64,000 nt of DNA from Mantamonas sphyraenae STR306 (GCA_026936335.1 JAPMXV010000007.1:62001-126000); one strand, 5' to 3'. Counted from the stretch's first letter, positions 1 to 11,234 are shown. The notes: generated by a model not told the origin, from the sequence alone. Program-made: numbers and translations.

Positions 1-5
1 ACAAT

Positions 6-1055
6 TTGTGGGTTCGTCGCCTTCAGCTTTTGTGGACGCTTTTTGGCCAGCTGATCCTGTGGAAGTACGTCATATTCACAGTATACTCCGTCACGGAATG
101 CGGACGCCAGGGTCTGTTCAACTACATTTCAATCATCGGCAACGCGGTGGTTGCCGTGACCCACCTCACGGGCTTCATTGCGCTCGAGTTCACCGTGACC
201 CAGGAGAGCATCTTTGGCGTGCTGCTGTACGAAAAGAGCGTGGCTGCGCACCAGAAGCTTGTCAACTGGCTTACGGTTGGATCTGCTCTCTTTCTGATCG
301 GCGCCACGTCCTACAGCATCTACTTCCCAGTGGCCAACACCACGACCTCGTACGCCTGCGAGTACGCGTTTTACTCGGGCCGTGCCAGCTGGATCATCTT
401 CAATCTGTGTCCCCTCTTCTTCTTCTTTGGTGCAGTGTGTGTCTATCCTGTTTACGGCTTCATCTTCCTGTACGGCCTGCTGCAAAACACCGTCGAGATG
501 GACAACGAGCTGTTTGAACAGTGGAGCGACAAGCGCAACTGTTTCCGCGAACCCGTGTTTGAAAACTCCCAGCGTTTCCTGAACGAGTTTCGCCTGATGC
601 ACGGCGTGATCCGTTGGCTCAGCCAGGTATTGACCTTGCCGCTGGCCTGGGGCATCTTTGCCCTCGGCTCCATGACCGTCTTCCTCGCCTTTTTCGTCCT
701 CTTTGTCAACGACGGATCGCAAACCACACGTGCTTCCACAGGAACGCTTGCTCTGCTGGACTTTATCCTTGGTTTCTTGCTGGTGTTGGTCCTGGCAACG
801 CCTGCGGCCATCACCAGCAAGCTCCGTCGCGCCCTGACCCTCGTCCGCGCGGGCAAGTATGACCACAGCACGCAAGAGGCACGCTCCCAGTACCTCGTCC
901 TGCAGACAGAGATCGCCAACTTCACTCAAGTCTGTGGCTTCGAAGTTGCCACGGTGACCATCACGCCTGGGATTGTCATCCAGCTCATCCAGCTCCTCAC
1001 CACCATGACCATCTTTCTGGCTACAAACAGTATATCGAGTGGAAGTTCGCTTTGA
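6..1055 (+). CDS. Multi-pass membrane protein, gustatory-receptor-like (7TM ion channel/GRL/DUF3537-like); probably 5'-truncated by the window edge
   Basis: About 7 hydrophobic segments, a long helical loop before TM5, '...PAAITSKLRRA' after TM6, and C-terminal 'CGFEVATVTITPGIVIQLIQLLTTMTIFL', which resembles the GR TM7a/7b pattern. Confidence 0.55.
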   Translation: MWVRRLQLLWTLFGQLILWKYVIFTVYSVTECGRQGLFNYISIIGNAVVAVTHLTGFIALEFTVTQESIFGVLLYEKSVAAHQKLVNWLTVGSALFLIGATSYSIYFPVANTTTSYACEYAFYSGRASWIIFNLCPLFFFFGAVCVYPVYGFIFLYGLLQNTVEMDNELFEQWSDKRNCFREPVFENSQRFLNEFRLMHGVIRWLSQVLTLPLAWGIFALGSMTVFLAFFVLFVNDGSQTTRASTGTLALLDFILGFLLVLVLATPAAITSKLRRALTLVRAGKYDHSTQEARSQYLVLQTEIANFTQVCGFEVATVTITPGIVIQLIQLLTTMTIFLATNSISSGSSL

Positions 1056-1128
1056 AGCAGCGAGGACCGAGAGAGAAGGTGGGCAGGGTGAAGAGACTGC
1101 GTTCGCCCGGCCACCAAAATCAAATCCC

Positions 1129-4100
1129 ATGTCTTCTGACCAACCGCATGAAACAAGCCAAGAGAGCGACGAGGGCTTCTCCCTCGAGCTGCAGGACCGC
1201 ATCTCGCGCCAGCTGGGCACCTTTGGCTTCCAGGCCGTGGGCAAGCTGATGAAGATGCGTGTGCTGATCTCGGGCATGACTGCCTTGGGCGTGGAGACGG
1301 CCAAGAACCTCATCCTGGCCGGCCCCAAGTCTGTGACGGTGCATGACAACACGCTTGCTACCAAAGCAGACCTTGGCGCAAACTACTTCCTGCGTGAGGA
1401 TGACATTGGCACTGCACGAGGCGCAGCTGTCGTCAACCGCCTCGCCGAGCTGAACGACTTTTGCAAGGTCTCCCACCACGACGGCGACCTGTCGACCGAG
1501 TTCTTTCTGGCCAACTTTGACGTTGTTGTCATCACGGAGGTGCAGAACCCGGCCGTGCTGTCTGCCTGGAACGAGGCTTGCCGTGCCGCAGACATCGGCT
1601 TCATTGTCGCAAACTCCTACGGCCTTTCGGGCTTCACCTTTGTCGACTTTGGCGACAACTTCATGACCTTTGACCGCAACGGTGTGCCGCCCCGCCAGTT
1701 TATCGTCACCAACATCACCCAGGTATGTTTCCCATACGCTCTACGCACCCTTGCAGCGTACGCACACCTTTGCGTCGTTGCCCTGCTTTTTGCTTTCCGT
1801 TTGCCCTTTCCCCTCGCTCCACAACCCATGCACACAGCGCTGCGCGTGGCCGCCCGGCATCGTAGTCGCTGCGTGTGCTGGTATGCGTGTAGGATGTGTG
1901 TGTGTGTGTGTGATGTGCGAGTGGGATTGTGCGGTGCAACCATGCACGTGCGGCGCGTGTTTGCCCCGGCCCTCTCTCTTGAGGCGTTTTGACGAATTCT
2001 CGTGTGCCGAGACACAAACCCTCCGCGGTGAGGCACACAGGAGCTGACACGAAGCACACACACACACGGACTCCCACAGGACGAAGAAGGTGTGGTCAGC
2101 GGCGTGGCCGGGTCCATGCATGGCCTCAGCACAGGAGACTACGTCAAGTTCACCGAGGTGGAGGGCATGACCGAACTCAACGATGCTAAACCCATCCGGA
2201 TCACCGCCGAAAACCCGTACGAGTTTACCATTGGAGACACTCGCAACTACAGCGCGTACACGCGTCAGGGCATGGCCACCGAGGTCAAGATGAACACCAA
2301 GCTGCCCTTTGCTTCCTTTGCCGAGTCGCGCGACAACCCGTACGCACAGGGCGGTGAACTGGTGCTCACCGACTTTGGCAAGTTTGGACGTGCCAACGTG
2401 CTCCACATTGCCTACCAGGCGCTGTGGAGCTGGCAGACAGCCAACGGCGACCAGCTGCCGGAAATCAACAACGCCGACCAGACCGCAGAGGTGGTCAAGA
2501 TGGCTCTGGAGCTCAACGAGACCAACAAGAGCGCCGAGGGCTTCTACGTCGACGACATCGAGCAACTGACGCAGTGCACGCGATACGTGGCCATGCACGC
2601 ACGCTGCCAATTTTCCCCGCTTGCCTCCTTCTTTGGCGGCGTGGTGGCCCAGGAGATTGTCAAGTTTACGGGCAAGTACACGCCGATCCGCCAGTGGCTC
2701 TACTTTGACGCCTTTGAGCTGGAGCCCAACACAGTGCCCGACGACGTGGCTCTGGAGAACACGCGCTACGACCATCAGATTGCCGTCTGGGGCAAGAGCT
2801 ACCAAGAACGCCTGAAGAAACTGCGCGTCTTTCTGGTCGGCGCTGGCGCCCTGGGTTGCGAGTATCTGAAGGGCTTTGCCATGATGGGTGTGGGCTGCGG
2901 TCAAGACGGAGGTCACATCGCCGTCACGGACAACGACACCATCGAAGTCTCCAATCTGAACCGCCAGTTTCTGTTCCGCATGCACAACGTGGGCAAGACC
3001 AAGAGCGAGAGCGCAAGCAAGGCGGTGCAGGAGATGAACCCGGAGCTGAACTGCCAGCCGTACACGACCAAGGTGGCGCCGGACACGGAGGACGTGTTCA
3101 ACGACCACTTCTGGATGGGCATCGACCTGGTGCAGAACGCACTGGACAACGTCAAGGCACGCCAGTACGTGGACGGCCGCTGCACCCTGTTTGGCCTGCC
3201 CCTGCTCGAGTCGGGCACCTTGGGCACAAAGGCCAACGCGCAGGTGTGTCTGCCGGGCATCACAGCGTCGTACACCGACAGCGGCAAGGATCCAGAGGAA
3301 GAAAACATCCCGATGTGCACGCTGCGCAACTTTCCCTCCAAGATCGAGCATTGCTGCGAGTGGGCGCGGGCCAACTTTGAGGACCGCTTCGCCGTGGCCT
3401 TCCAGGAGACAAACAACTTTCTGGCGGCGCCGCAGGAGTACGTGGACAAGCTGCTGGCCCTGGGCAACCCTACCATGGCCCGTGAGAAGCTGGAAAAGGT
3501 GGACGAGGTGCTTGCCAACCAGCGCAACATGAGCCTGGAGACGTGCGTGGAACTTGCGGTGCACTCGTACCTCAGCAACTACCGCGATCGCATCCTGCAA
3601 CTGACCCACCTGTTCCCCAAGGACGCCGTGGACAAGAAGACTGGCGATCTCTTCTGGTCGGGCGACAAGCGCTTCCCGGACGCCCTGGAGGTGAACGTGG
3701 AGGACGAGACTACACTGGACTATCTCATTGCGGCAGCCAACCTGTACGCACACAGCTATCGCCTGGAAGTGCCCGAGGACCAGAAGCGCGACCGCGACCT
3801 GTTTGCCAAGCTGGTGAGCAAGGTGGACATCCCGGAGTTCAAGCCCAAGACCAACGTGCGCGTGCAGACAAACCCGGAGGACGAAACGGAGGAGGGCGCA
3901 GAGGACGACGAGGAAGAGCGCAACAAGTTGGCGGCCAAGGTGCTGCAGTACAACCTGGACGAGGTGGGCGATCTGGACCCGGCGGACTTTGAGAAGGACG
4001 ACGACAGCAACTTCCACATCGACTTTATCAGCGCGTGCAGCAACCTGCGTGCACGCTGCTACCGCCTTCAGGAGGTGACGCGCCATCGTACCAAGATGAT

Positions 4101-4662
4101 TGCAGGCAAGATCATCCCTGCTGTGGCAACGACAACTGCAATGATCGCCGGTGTGACGCTGCTGGAGTTTTACAAGGTGTTTGCGACGCTGCCCATGGAG
4201 GCGTTCAAGAACACGTACGTGGACCTGGGCACGTCGACCTTCCAGATGTACGAGCCGAACGGGCCAACCAAGGCCCAGCCTGGGTACGACGTGATCGAGA
4301 TGTGCGAGGTCAAGTGCGTGCCCGACGGCTTTACAAACTGGGACCACGTGGACGTGGTGGCAGACCACTCGCTGACGCTGGGCGAGTTCAAGCAGGCATT
4401 TGCAGATGCCACTGGAGGCCTGACGCTGACCTCGCTGCTTGCAGCCAACGCCACGGAGGGCCAGGGCAAGTTCCTGTACGACGAGTACGGCACCAACGCG
4501 TCGGATGACACCGACCTGCTGAGCCTGTACGAGCAGTATTATGGCCCCGTGGACAAGGCGAACAAGCTCTTTCTGCTGCTGGACAACGGCTGCACCAACG
4601 CCGACGACGAGCCGTGCAAGACGCCCTTTGTGCGCTACTTTTTCCAGGGCAAGCCCGAGTGA
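1129..4662 (+). CDS. UBA1: Ubiquitin-activating enzyme E1; exons 1129-1722 and 2080-4662
   Basis: SRQLGTFG, GVETAKNLILAG, VGAGALGCE, DNDTIEVSNLNRQFLFR, catalytic IPMCTLRNFP, FEKDDDSNFHIDF and IAGKIIPAVATTT. Phase-0 GTATGT...GCTGAC...CAG intron joins the two ORFs. Confidence 0.97.
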
Positions 4663-4698
4663 GAGAGGCGGAATGAAGTTGATGGACTGTTGTTTCGT

Positions 4699-6921
4699 CT
4701 ACGACAGCACCTTGAGGTAGCGTGCCATCCAGTAGGGCATGAGGAAGGCGCCCGGGTCTGTTTCAGACATGCCGGAACCGCAATCGATGGAAAACGGGTC
4801 GCCGTTCCAGCGGTACATGCAGATCTCGTCATAGGGAAGCAGCTGACGGATGGTAGAGCCTCCAGAGCGGTCGGGCTCGGGTCGCCAGACAATGTCGAGG
4901 CGATGGGAGTTGTGCACGGGCCAGTCGATGAGCTCGAGAGGGTACTGGCGCAGGGTGTCGAGACCACGCTGCATCTGCACGTCCTTGGCTCCGCTCATGC
5001 TGTAGATGAGATCCCAGAGCGGGCTTGCGACTTCGCTGCTGATGCGCCACTGGCGCTCGAGACCCAGCATCATCTCGGGCCAGGCTGTGCGCGATCCTGT
5101 CCACAGGTAGAGAAAGAAAGGGAGCATGGTGAGTTCGTCGTCGCTGTAGTTGTCGTCGTTGGGGATTTGGATCTTGCAGTTGATGACGTTTGTGGCGTAG
5201 CCGTGCTTGTCACGCAGCAAGGCGCTGGCGTCGCTGAACGTGCTGTCGTTGCCGCTCAGCGCATACGCAGACTCGAGAAAGGCCAGGATCTGCAGTGAGT
5301 TGACGCCACGTTCGTCAAAGTACTTGTAGTCGTCGTTGAGGAGGTTCGGGGCCCAGATGCCCCACGTTGTGTGGTGGCCCTCCTTGCCGACAAAGTTGAA
5401 TCCGTTCTCCACAATGTGCCGGGCCTTGTCCACGCTCATGGCAGCCACGGTTTGCTTCTCTTCTTGCGTGTCTGCGAGGAGGTCGTACGCCACGTGGTAT
5501 GCTTGCATGTGGCCGGTGACCTCGTCGGACGACGTGTCGCCCTTCCACTTCCAGCCCTCGTAGCCTGCCACCGTAGCATTCCACCACAACCCACCGTTCC
5601 CTGTGGACTCTCCCGGGCGCACCATGGAGCGTGCGTTGTAGCCCTTGATTCCTGTGATGGTGTTGAGGTTCTGCAGGGCCTTGAGGTGATGCCATCCTTT
5701 GGCCTTGGCGTCAGCGTCGCCCGTCACGGCGTACTTGAAGCCAAAGGCAGAGACCGTGAGCGACGTCCACAGTCCATCGTTGTCGTTGGTCTCCTCCACA
5801 TACGAGCTACGGTCGCCAAAGCGCGACAGGGCGCACGTCGATGTGAAGCCCAACCGGTCGTGCTGCGGAACAATGAGCGACTCGTAATGGGCAGCCTTTT
5901 GTGCCAGGGTCCATCGCTGGACATCAATCACAGCCAACCCGGCGTCGGTGACGGCCCAGGCTGTGGGCAAGCCGTCCTCGTACCACACGTGCAGGTCCAG
6001 CACAGCCTGGCCCGGGTGCCAACGAGGGCCGTAGTAATACGACCACACACGGCCCGAGGAGGAGTGACGATCGTAGCGCACGATGCCCTTGGAGGTGCCC
6101 ATCCAGACCTGGGTGCCAGCTGCATCCATGCAGGATGTGGTGTTGAACGGCAGACCCTGCATGCCGCCAATGCGACCCAGGGTCATGTTGGGATACTGCA
6201 TGTTGAGTGCAGGCAGCGTGCCGATCCACACAATGTCGTCGTCGTCGGTCTGGGCAAACGAGGTCACTGTGGCGTCCACGTTGCCCGTCACCCACTCGAA
6301 TCGCCACCCGTGGGCATCTGTGCGTCGCCAATACTTTGTTTCTGTGCCAACCACGAGTGCACGCGAAGAGGCAAGCACCGCAGACACTGGTTCCTGGCCC
6401 AGCGCCGCCTCGTGTTGCAGGCCGTCGTGCGCGTTCCACCAAAACAGGCCGTGCGGCGTGCCTACAAACGCATGCTCCTCTTTGGACGCCCATGCGGCGC
6501 AGGTGATGTGTGACAACGGTGTGGCAAACGCATGCGTGGTGCATGCGGTGTGCACAGACGCGCACACGTGCAGGGCGTGCGTGTCCAACAACACAAATTC
6601 CTGGCCGTCGTCGCCGCCGCGCAGCAGCAGTGTCTCTGCGCCCACAGACACGCCCAGTGCGGTGTCCACCCGTTCGTACTTGCTGTCGCCCAGGCCTTGC
6701 ATCAGCCACACGCTGTCGTTGGTCAGCAGCAGTGCCGAAGCCCTGCCCAGAGGCAGTGCCGTGCGCACATTGCCCACCGCAAGCTCGGGCCACTGACCCA
6801 CAGGCGCTTCGCCTTTGAACGTGTACCGAAAAGCCACCGGCTGTTCGTAGGGCGCATCCTGCAGCGCCATGGCACCACAGGCCACCAGTGCAAGGGTGAT
6901 CACGATTAGGAGCACACGCAT
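4699..6921 (-). CDS. Secreted protein with beta-propeller-like N-terminal half and a probable (alpha/alpha)6-barrel glycoside-hydrolase-like C-terminal half
   Basis: Signal peptide MRVLLIVITLALVACGAMA, repeated 'FVGTPHGL/WIGT/WMGTSKGI' blades, and acidic motifs NDNDGLWT, WKGDTSSDEVTGH, NYSDDEL. Intronless. Confidence 0.6.
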   Translation of the reverse strand: MRVLLIVITLALVACGAMALQDAPYEQPVAFRYTFKGEAPVGQWPELAVGNVRTALPLGRASALLLTNDSVWLMQGLGDSKYERVDTALGVSVGAETLLLRGGDDGQEFVLLDTHALHVCASVHTACTTHAFATPLSHITCAAWASKEEHAFVGTPHGLFWWNAHDGLQHEAALGQEPVSAVLASSRALVVGTETKYWRRTDAHGWRFEWVTGNVDATVTSFAQTDDDDIVWIGTLPALNMQYPNMTLGRIGGMQGLPFNTTSCMDAAGTQVWMGTSKGIVRYDRHSSSGRVWSYYYGPRWHPGQAVLDLHVWYEDGLPTAWAVTDAGLAVIDVQRWTLAQKAAHYESLIVPQHDRLGFTSTCALSRFGDRSSYVEETNDNDGLWTSLTVSAFGFKYAVTGDADAKAKGWHHLKALQNLNTITGIKGYNARSMVRPGESTGNGGLWWNATVAGYEGWKWKGDTSSDEVTGHMQAYHVAYDLLADTQEEKQTVAAMSVDKARHIVENGFNFVGKEGHHTTWGIWAPNLLNDDYKYFDERGVNSLQILAFLESAYALSGNDSTFSDASALLRDKHGYATNVINCKIQIPNDDNYSDDELTMLPFFLYLWTGSRTAWPEMMLGLERQWRISSEVASPLWDLIYSMSGAKDVQMQRGLDTLRQYPLELIDWPVHNSHRLDIVWRPEPDRSGGSTIRQLLPYDEICMYRWNGDPFSIDCGSGMSETDPGAFLMPYWMARYLKVLS

Positions 6922-6973
6922 GGGCGGAAAAGAGTTGGTCTGGTCGACGCGCGATGCAAACCACGCATTCCTC

Positions 6974-7649
6974 ATGTCCGAGACAGATAAGAAGTCAGAG
7001 CAGTCGACCAACCAAATCATCATCCAGCTTTCAGAACAGGTGGGTGTGGGGAACGTGGGGGAGCGGGCGTGGACGTAGCGCACAGGAGTGCGCATGAGGG
7101 GGAGTGATCTCACACACGGACACGGACACTGACACACACACACACACGCGCGGGCACACCCACGGATGCATTGCTCACTGGACACACGCTGCACGCAGAA
7201 TGGCGTGTCGACAAACTTCAAGGTGAAGCACACGACGCCGTTCAGCAAAATCATCAAGTCGTGGAAGAAGCAGGCCGGCGCCACTGAGCTCAACTACGAG
7301 TTTCTGTTTGACGGCGAGAAGATCCAGGACCAGGACACGCCGGAATCGGTGAGTGGGGAGACATGGGGTGGGAACGTGAAGGGAGAGCGGACACACAGCT
7401 GCCGTCGGCGGTCGCAGGCGCACTGAAGGCAGGAGACAGAGTTCCCGAGACACGGGCGGTGGCTGGTCGCTGACACCTGCATCTCCGACACACCGTCCCT
7501 GCGCCTGGAATCTCGTACACCCGGGATGTTCACATGGCATTGCACATATGCACACGACACATGCGCCGATTCCGTTTCGATTGCAGCTGGGTATGGAGGA
7601 TCACGACTCGGTGGATGTGATCCTGAAGCAGCGTGGCGGCGCGTTTTGA
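6974..7649 (+). CDS. SUMO-like ubiquitin-fold modifier, 92 aa; exons 6974-7039, 7199-7348, 7587-7649
   Basis: Spliced product contains FKVKHTTPFSKI, FLFDGEKIQDQDTPES-LGMEDHDSVDVILKQRGG-AF. Both introns are phase-0 GT-AG. Confidence 0.9.
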
Positions 7650-7782
7650 GGTTTGAGGTTTGTGAGGACACGAATACACATTGGCAAATTGCACGGTTCC
7701 TTAGGCATGGACACAGCTTCACACACACTGCATGCAACACGCGCGTGGTTGTCGCTTCCAGGTCAGCCAACCGAAACCCCCA

Positions 7783-8532
7783 ATGGCAGACGAGCAGCAG
7801 GCCAAAGTGATGGAACTGGCTCGCCAGTACAAGGATGAAATGGCGCCTGTGCTGCAGCCTGTGATTGTGCCGCGCGGGTGCTTGGTACAGGAGCTGACAG
7901 AGGTGTGCCGGACCGAAGAGCAGCTGGATGCGCTGCAGTACGCTTTGCCCGAGCTGTACGAAGAGTGGATCAAGGATGGGACGCCTTGCTGCACATTGTG
8001 TGGCACAGAAGTGGACTTGGATGCACCCGAGGGTGATTCGGACAGCGAAGAGGACGTGATGGACAAGGAAGAGGCCGAGGAAGATCCAGTGCTGGACGCA
8101 TTCGCCATGACCTGGTGGCCGGACTTTAAAACGCAAAAGTACAGCTTGAGCGGCGCCTACTTTACATGTTCGATGTGCCGCAACCTTTTGGACACGGAGG
8201 GGATGCTGCAGGTGTTTCTGGACACGACGCAGGAGGTTGTGCCGGGCCTGGACTACCTGCTGCTGCACTTTGCCCGCGTCAACTCGCTGCTGCCGGAGGA
8301 CACTTCGTCGATGCAGCTGCAGGACACCATCTACATCGGCAACCAGGCCGAGGTGCTCCAAAGTGTACAGCAGGCCTACAACACGGCCTACACGCTGAAG
8401 ATCTTGGCCAGCAATGCGGGTCCCTGGACTCTCTGTGACCACAAGGGCAAGCCCTTTTCCAAACGCACTGACATGGCGGCTCTTCTCGATGAGACTCTGG
8501 GTGCACGCATCCGGGACGCGGCAGGTGGACAT

Positions 8533-8563
<31 letters not shown>

Positions 8564-8688
8564 AGGGCAGCAAGGGCAGCGGGAAGAAGAACAAGGGAAA
8601 CAAGAAGAAGCAGGGAGGCAACGAAAGCAGTGGCAAGAAGAGTGGAGGCAAGAAGAGCAAAAGGAGGAAGAGTGTCGATGCGGCATGA
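7783..8688 (+). CDS. Hypothetical protein with two CxxC motifs and a Lys/Ser-rich tail
   Basis: Coding-like ORF with CTLCG...CSMCRN...LLHFARVN and a basic C-terminus. Confidence 0.7.
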
Positions 8689-8721
8689 GACCAATTTGCA
8701 TGAAGCGAACGCATTCCCTCG

Positions 8722-9806
8722 TCAGAACTTCCAAGTATTCTTGCACGTGCGGCAGGAGGCAAACGTGGTCATGGGCTCATCAGCACTCCTCGTCTGCATC
8801 TGAATGTAGCGTGTCTTCCAGCTCTTGCACTTGGGACACTTGATGGTGCCGTCCGCATCAGCATCGGCGTCGTTTTCGTTTTCCCAGTCGATGGCAGAGC
8901 GCGACATCTCCAGCATCTTGTCTGCAATCTTTTTGCGTTCCTCATTCTTCTCCTTGCTGGCCATCTCCTGCGGCGTCATACGCACAAGCTCGTCGCCGCT
9001 GAGCACGCCCAGAAGCACGTTGCGGTTCAGATCGGGATTCTTGCTGTCGTTGAAGTTGAACTTGAGCGACGCATACTTTTGCGTGTACTCGTTGCTGTCT
9101 GCTCCCAGCAGTGTGTTCATACTGTCTTCGATGCTCACCGCCACATCAAACGGTTCCCGATCGCCTTGCTTTTCTCCCAGCGCCTTGGTCAGACCTTTGA
9201 TCACTACCTCTCTCTTCTTATGTCCCTTGGCTGCGCCCATGTCTCCCATCTTCACCTCCACAGAGGCGGATTTCTGCGGTGTGACTTGTTGACTGCTGCT
9301 GCTGCTGCTGTTCGACTTGGGGCTGGCTTCCGTTTGCTGAACAGACACCATTTGCTTCAGGTATGCAACCAAATGCTGTGCCTGTGTCTTGACGCCTTCG
9401 TCCTGCATCTTGCGCAGCGAGTTGACCACTTTGCCCACTCCGGTTTCCTGTGTGTGTGCCACAGCACCTGTCGTGTCAGCGACGCCCGTCCTGACGCATG
9501 CCTCACCTCGCCTCTCCTACACGTTTCCCGCGCACCCATACCTTCATCACCCGCACTGTAATGCTCTGCTTCTCCAGTTGCTTCATGATGTCCACCATTC
9601 GCTCTGTGTTCTGCTCTCCATCGATGTGCGACGCGTGTCAGCAGAGCAGCGCACGTTTGGGCCGACGGCTCGTCGCCGCAGTCCCTCTTTGCTACGAGCC
9701 ACACACTCAAGCCCACACTCACCGGCGAATCCGAGTCCTTCTCCTTCTTCAGATCCCGCGTCATCATCGCCACCTCGCGCAGCACAGACTCCTCGTTTGT
9801 TGACAT
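8722..9806 (-). CDS. TCEA: Transcription elongation factor TFIIS; exons 9806-9723, 9610-9542, 9447-8722
   Basis: ETGVGKVVNSLRK, KYASLKFNFNDSKNPDL, and the zinc ribbon CPKC...QMQTRSADEPMTTFASCRTC. Introns are in frame. Confidence 0.96.
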
Positions 9807-9856
9807 TCTTCCCGTGGCCTGCTGGGCGCTCGCACGCGCTCACCCAGAGCAATGCG

Positions 9857-10444
9857 ATGAGCACAACGCAGTCAGACAAACGCATCACCGTAGTTGTGTT
9901 TGGGGAATTGGGTGTGGGCAAGTCAACCCTCGTCAACATGTGGTGGAAGGGAGAGTTTGAAATCGAATACGTCGGAACAATTGAGGAGCTCCCAGAGAAG
10001 TGGATGGAGTTGGACAACATCCTCTACAAGGTGGAGGCCATCGACGTGGGCGATCAAGAGGAATTCACCGCCATGAGAGACCACATGATCCGCCAAGCGG
10101 ACGCGTTGATGCTCACGTTTGACTCGACGTCACAGGAGAGCGTGCGCACCCTGGACATCAACCGCAACCAGTGTGAAAGACATCACGAGACACAGGTGAA
10201 CAATCTGCCTGTCGTCATTGTCGAAACCAAAACGGATCTGGACCGTGTGGTCGACGAAGCCGAAGGCAGCAACCGTTCCCTGGCCTGGGGAGCTCCGCTG
10301 ATCCGCACGAGCAGCAAGTCGGACGACAATGTCCAACTGGCGTTTGAAACGGCCGTGAGACGGGCCTTGGAACACAGCGGTGACTCGGAGGAGGAGGGGA
10401 AGAAGGTGGGGCCACGGAGGAAAGAGATCTGCGCGATTTCATGA
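9857..10444 (+). CDS. Divergent Ras-family small GTPase with CAAX box
   Basis: G1 GELGVGKS, effector YVGTIEE, G3-like DVGDQEEFTAMRD, G4-like ETKTD, G5 TSSK, and C-terminal CAIS. Confidence 0.88.
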   Translation: MSTTQSDKRITVVVFGELGVGKSTLVNMWWKGEFEIEYVGTIEELPEKWMELDNILYKVEAIDVGDQEEFTAMRDHMIRQADALMLTFDSTSQESVRTLDINRNQCERHHETQVNNLPVVIVETKTDLDRVVDEAEGSNRSLAWGAPLIRTSSKSDDNVQLAFETAVRRALEHSGDSEEEGKKVGPRRKEICAIS

Positions 10445-10471
10445 CGAAAGAGATCTGCGCGATTTCATGAC
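10420..10471. repeat. Perfect 26-bp tandem duplication spanning the Ras CAAX codons and stop
   Basis: gaaagagatctgcgcgatttcatgac occurs twice, at 10420-10445 and 10446-10471. Confidence 0.95.
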
Positions 10472-10515
10472 GTTCCTGGTGCGACCACGCGCTCATCATG
10501 CGTGCACATACACAC

Positions 10516-11065
10516 TCACAACACATACAACTGGTCCTTGTCCTCCACACTGGGCGTCTTCATGTCCAGCCGCGTAAACACGTGATCGTTGCCAACTTCA
10601 CCCGCCAGCTCGCTGAATCCACCCACAAACCGCTGCTTGATGAAAATGTACGGCACAGTGCGCTGTCCCGTAAGCCTCGTCAGCTCCGCCTGCACCTCTC
10701 CGCCTGCCTCCATCTCGTTCAGCACCACGTTGTCCACAAGCTGCTTCGTTGTGCCCGACAACACCCCTTGCTGCACCCCAAGCTTCACAAGCTTGTCCAG
10801 CAGCCGCATAGCCATGCGACAGTAGCCACACGTCGACTTTGTAAATACTAAGCGCATTCATCCATGCATCCGTGTCAGCCCGGACGTGCTCACGTTCCAC
10901 ACCCACGCCAGTGACCACCCTCTCGTCCATCCTCCCACCCATGCCCACAGTGTGACCCCACGTACCCACAACAGTGTTTCCGCGCACCTTGGCCTCCACG
11001 AACGACCGCACCGAGCCGCTTGCGGCTGCGTCCGCCGGGGCCTTTTTGCTTGCAGTCCACCACAT
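10516..11065 (-). CDS. Dithiol glutaredoxin (one intron)
   Basis: NTVV|VFTKSTCGYC, TGQRTVPYIFIKQRFVGG. GTACGT donor and TAG acceptor restore the frame. Confidence 0.9.
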
Positions 11066-11234
11066 TTTTCGTCTCGATTCGGCTGAGTCCCAGGGCGCAG
11101 CGCACAGCGCATGGGCCAATCATCGCCTCACCCCGTTTTCCTTGTCATCCGCACTTGCAACACCTCACTCCCTCTCACATCGCCCACACATCGCCAAAGC
11201 TCAGCATCGGCCAAAGTAACTTGTAACCCTCCCC

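Noticed and set aside
1741-4368. Long antisense ORFs (875 aa opposite UBA1, and similar ones opposite MATE, VPS51, UTP6 and Furry-like)
   Set aside because: Shadow ORFs expected from high-GC codon bias; no motifs.
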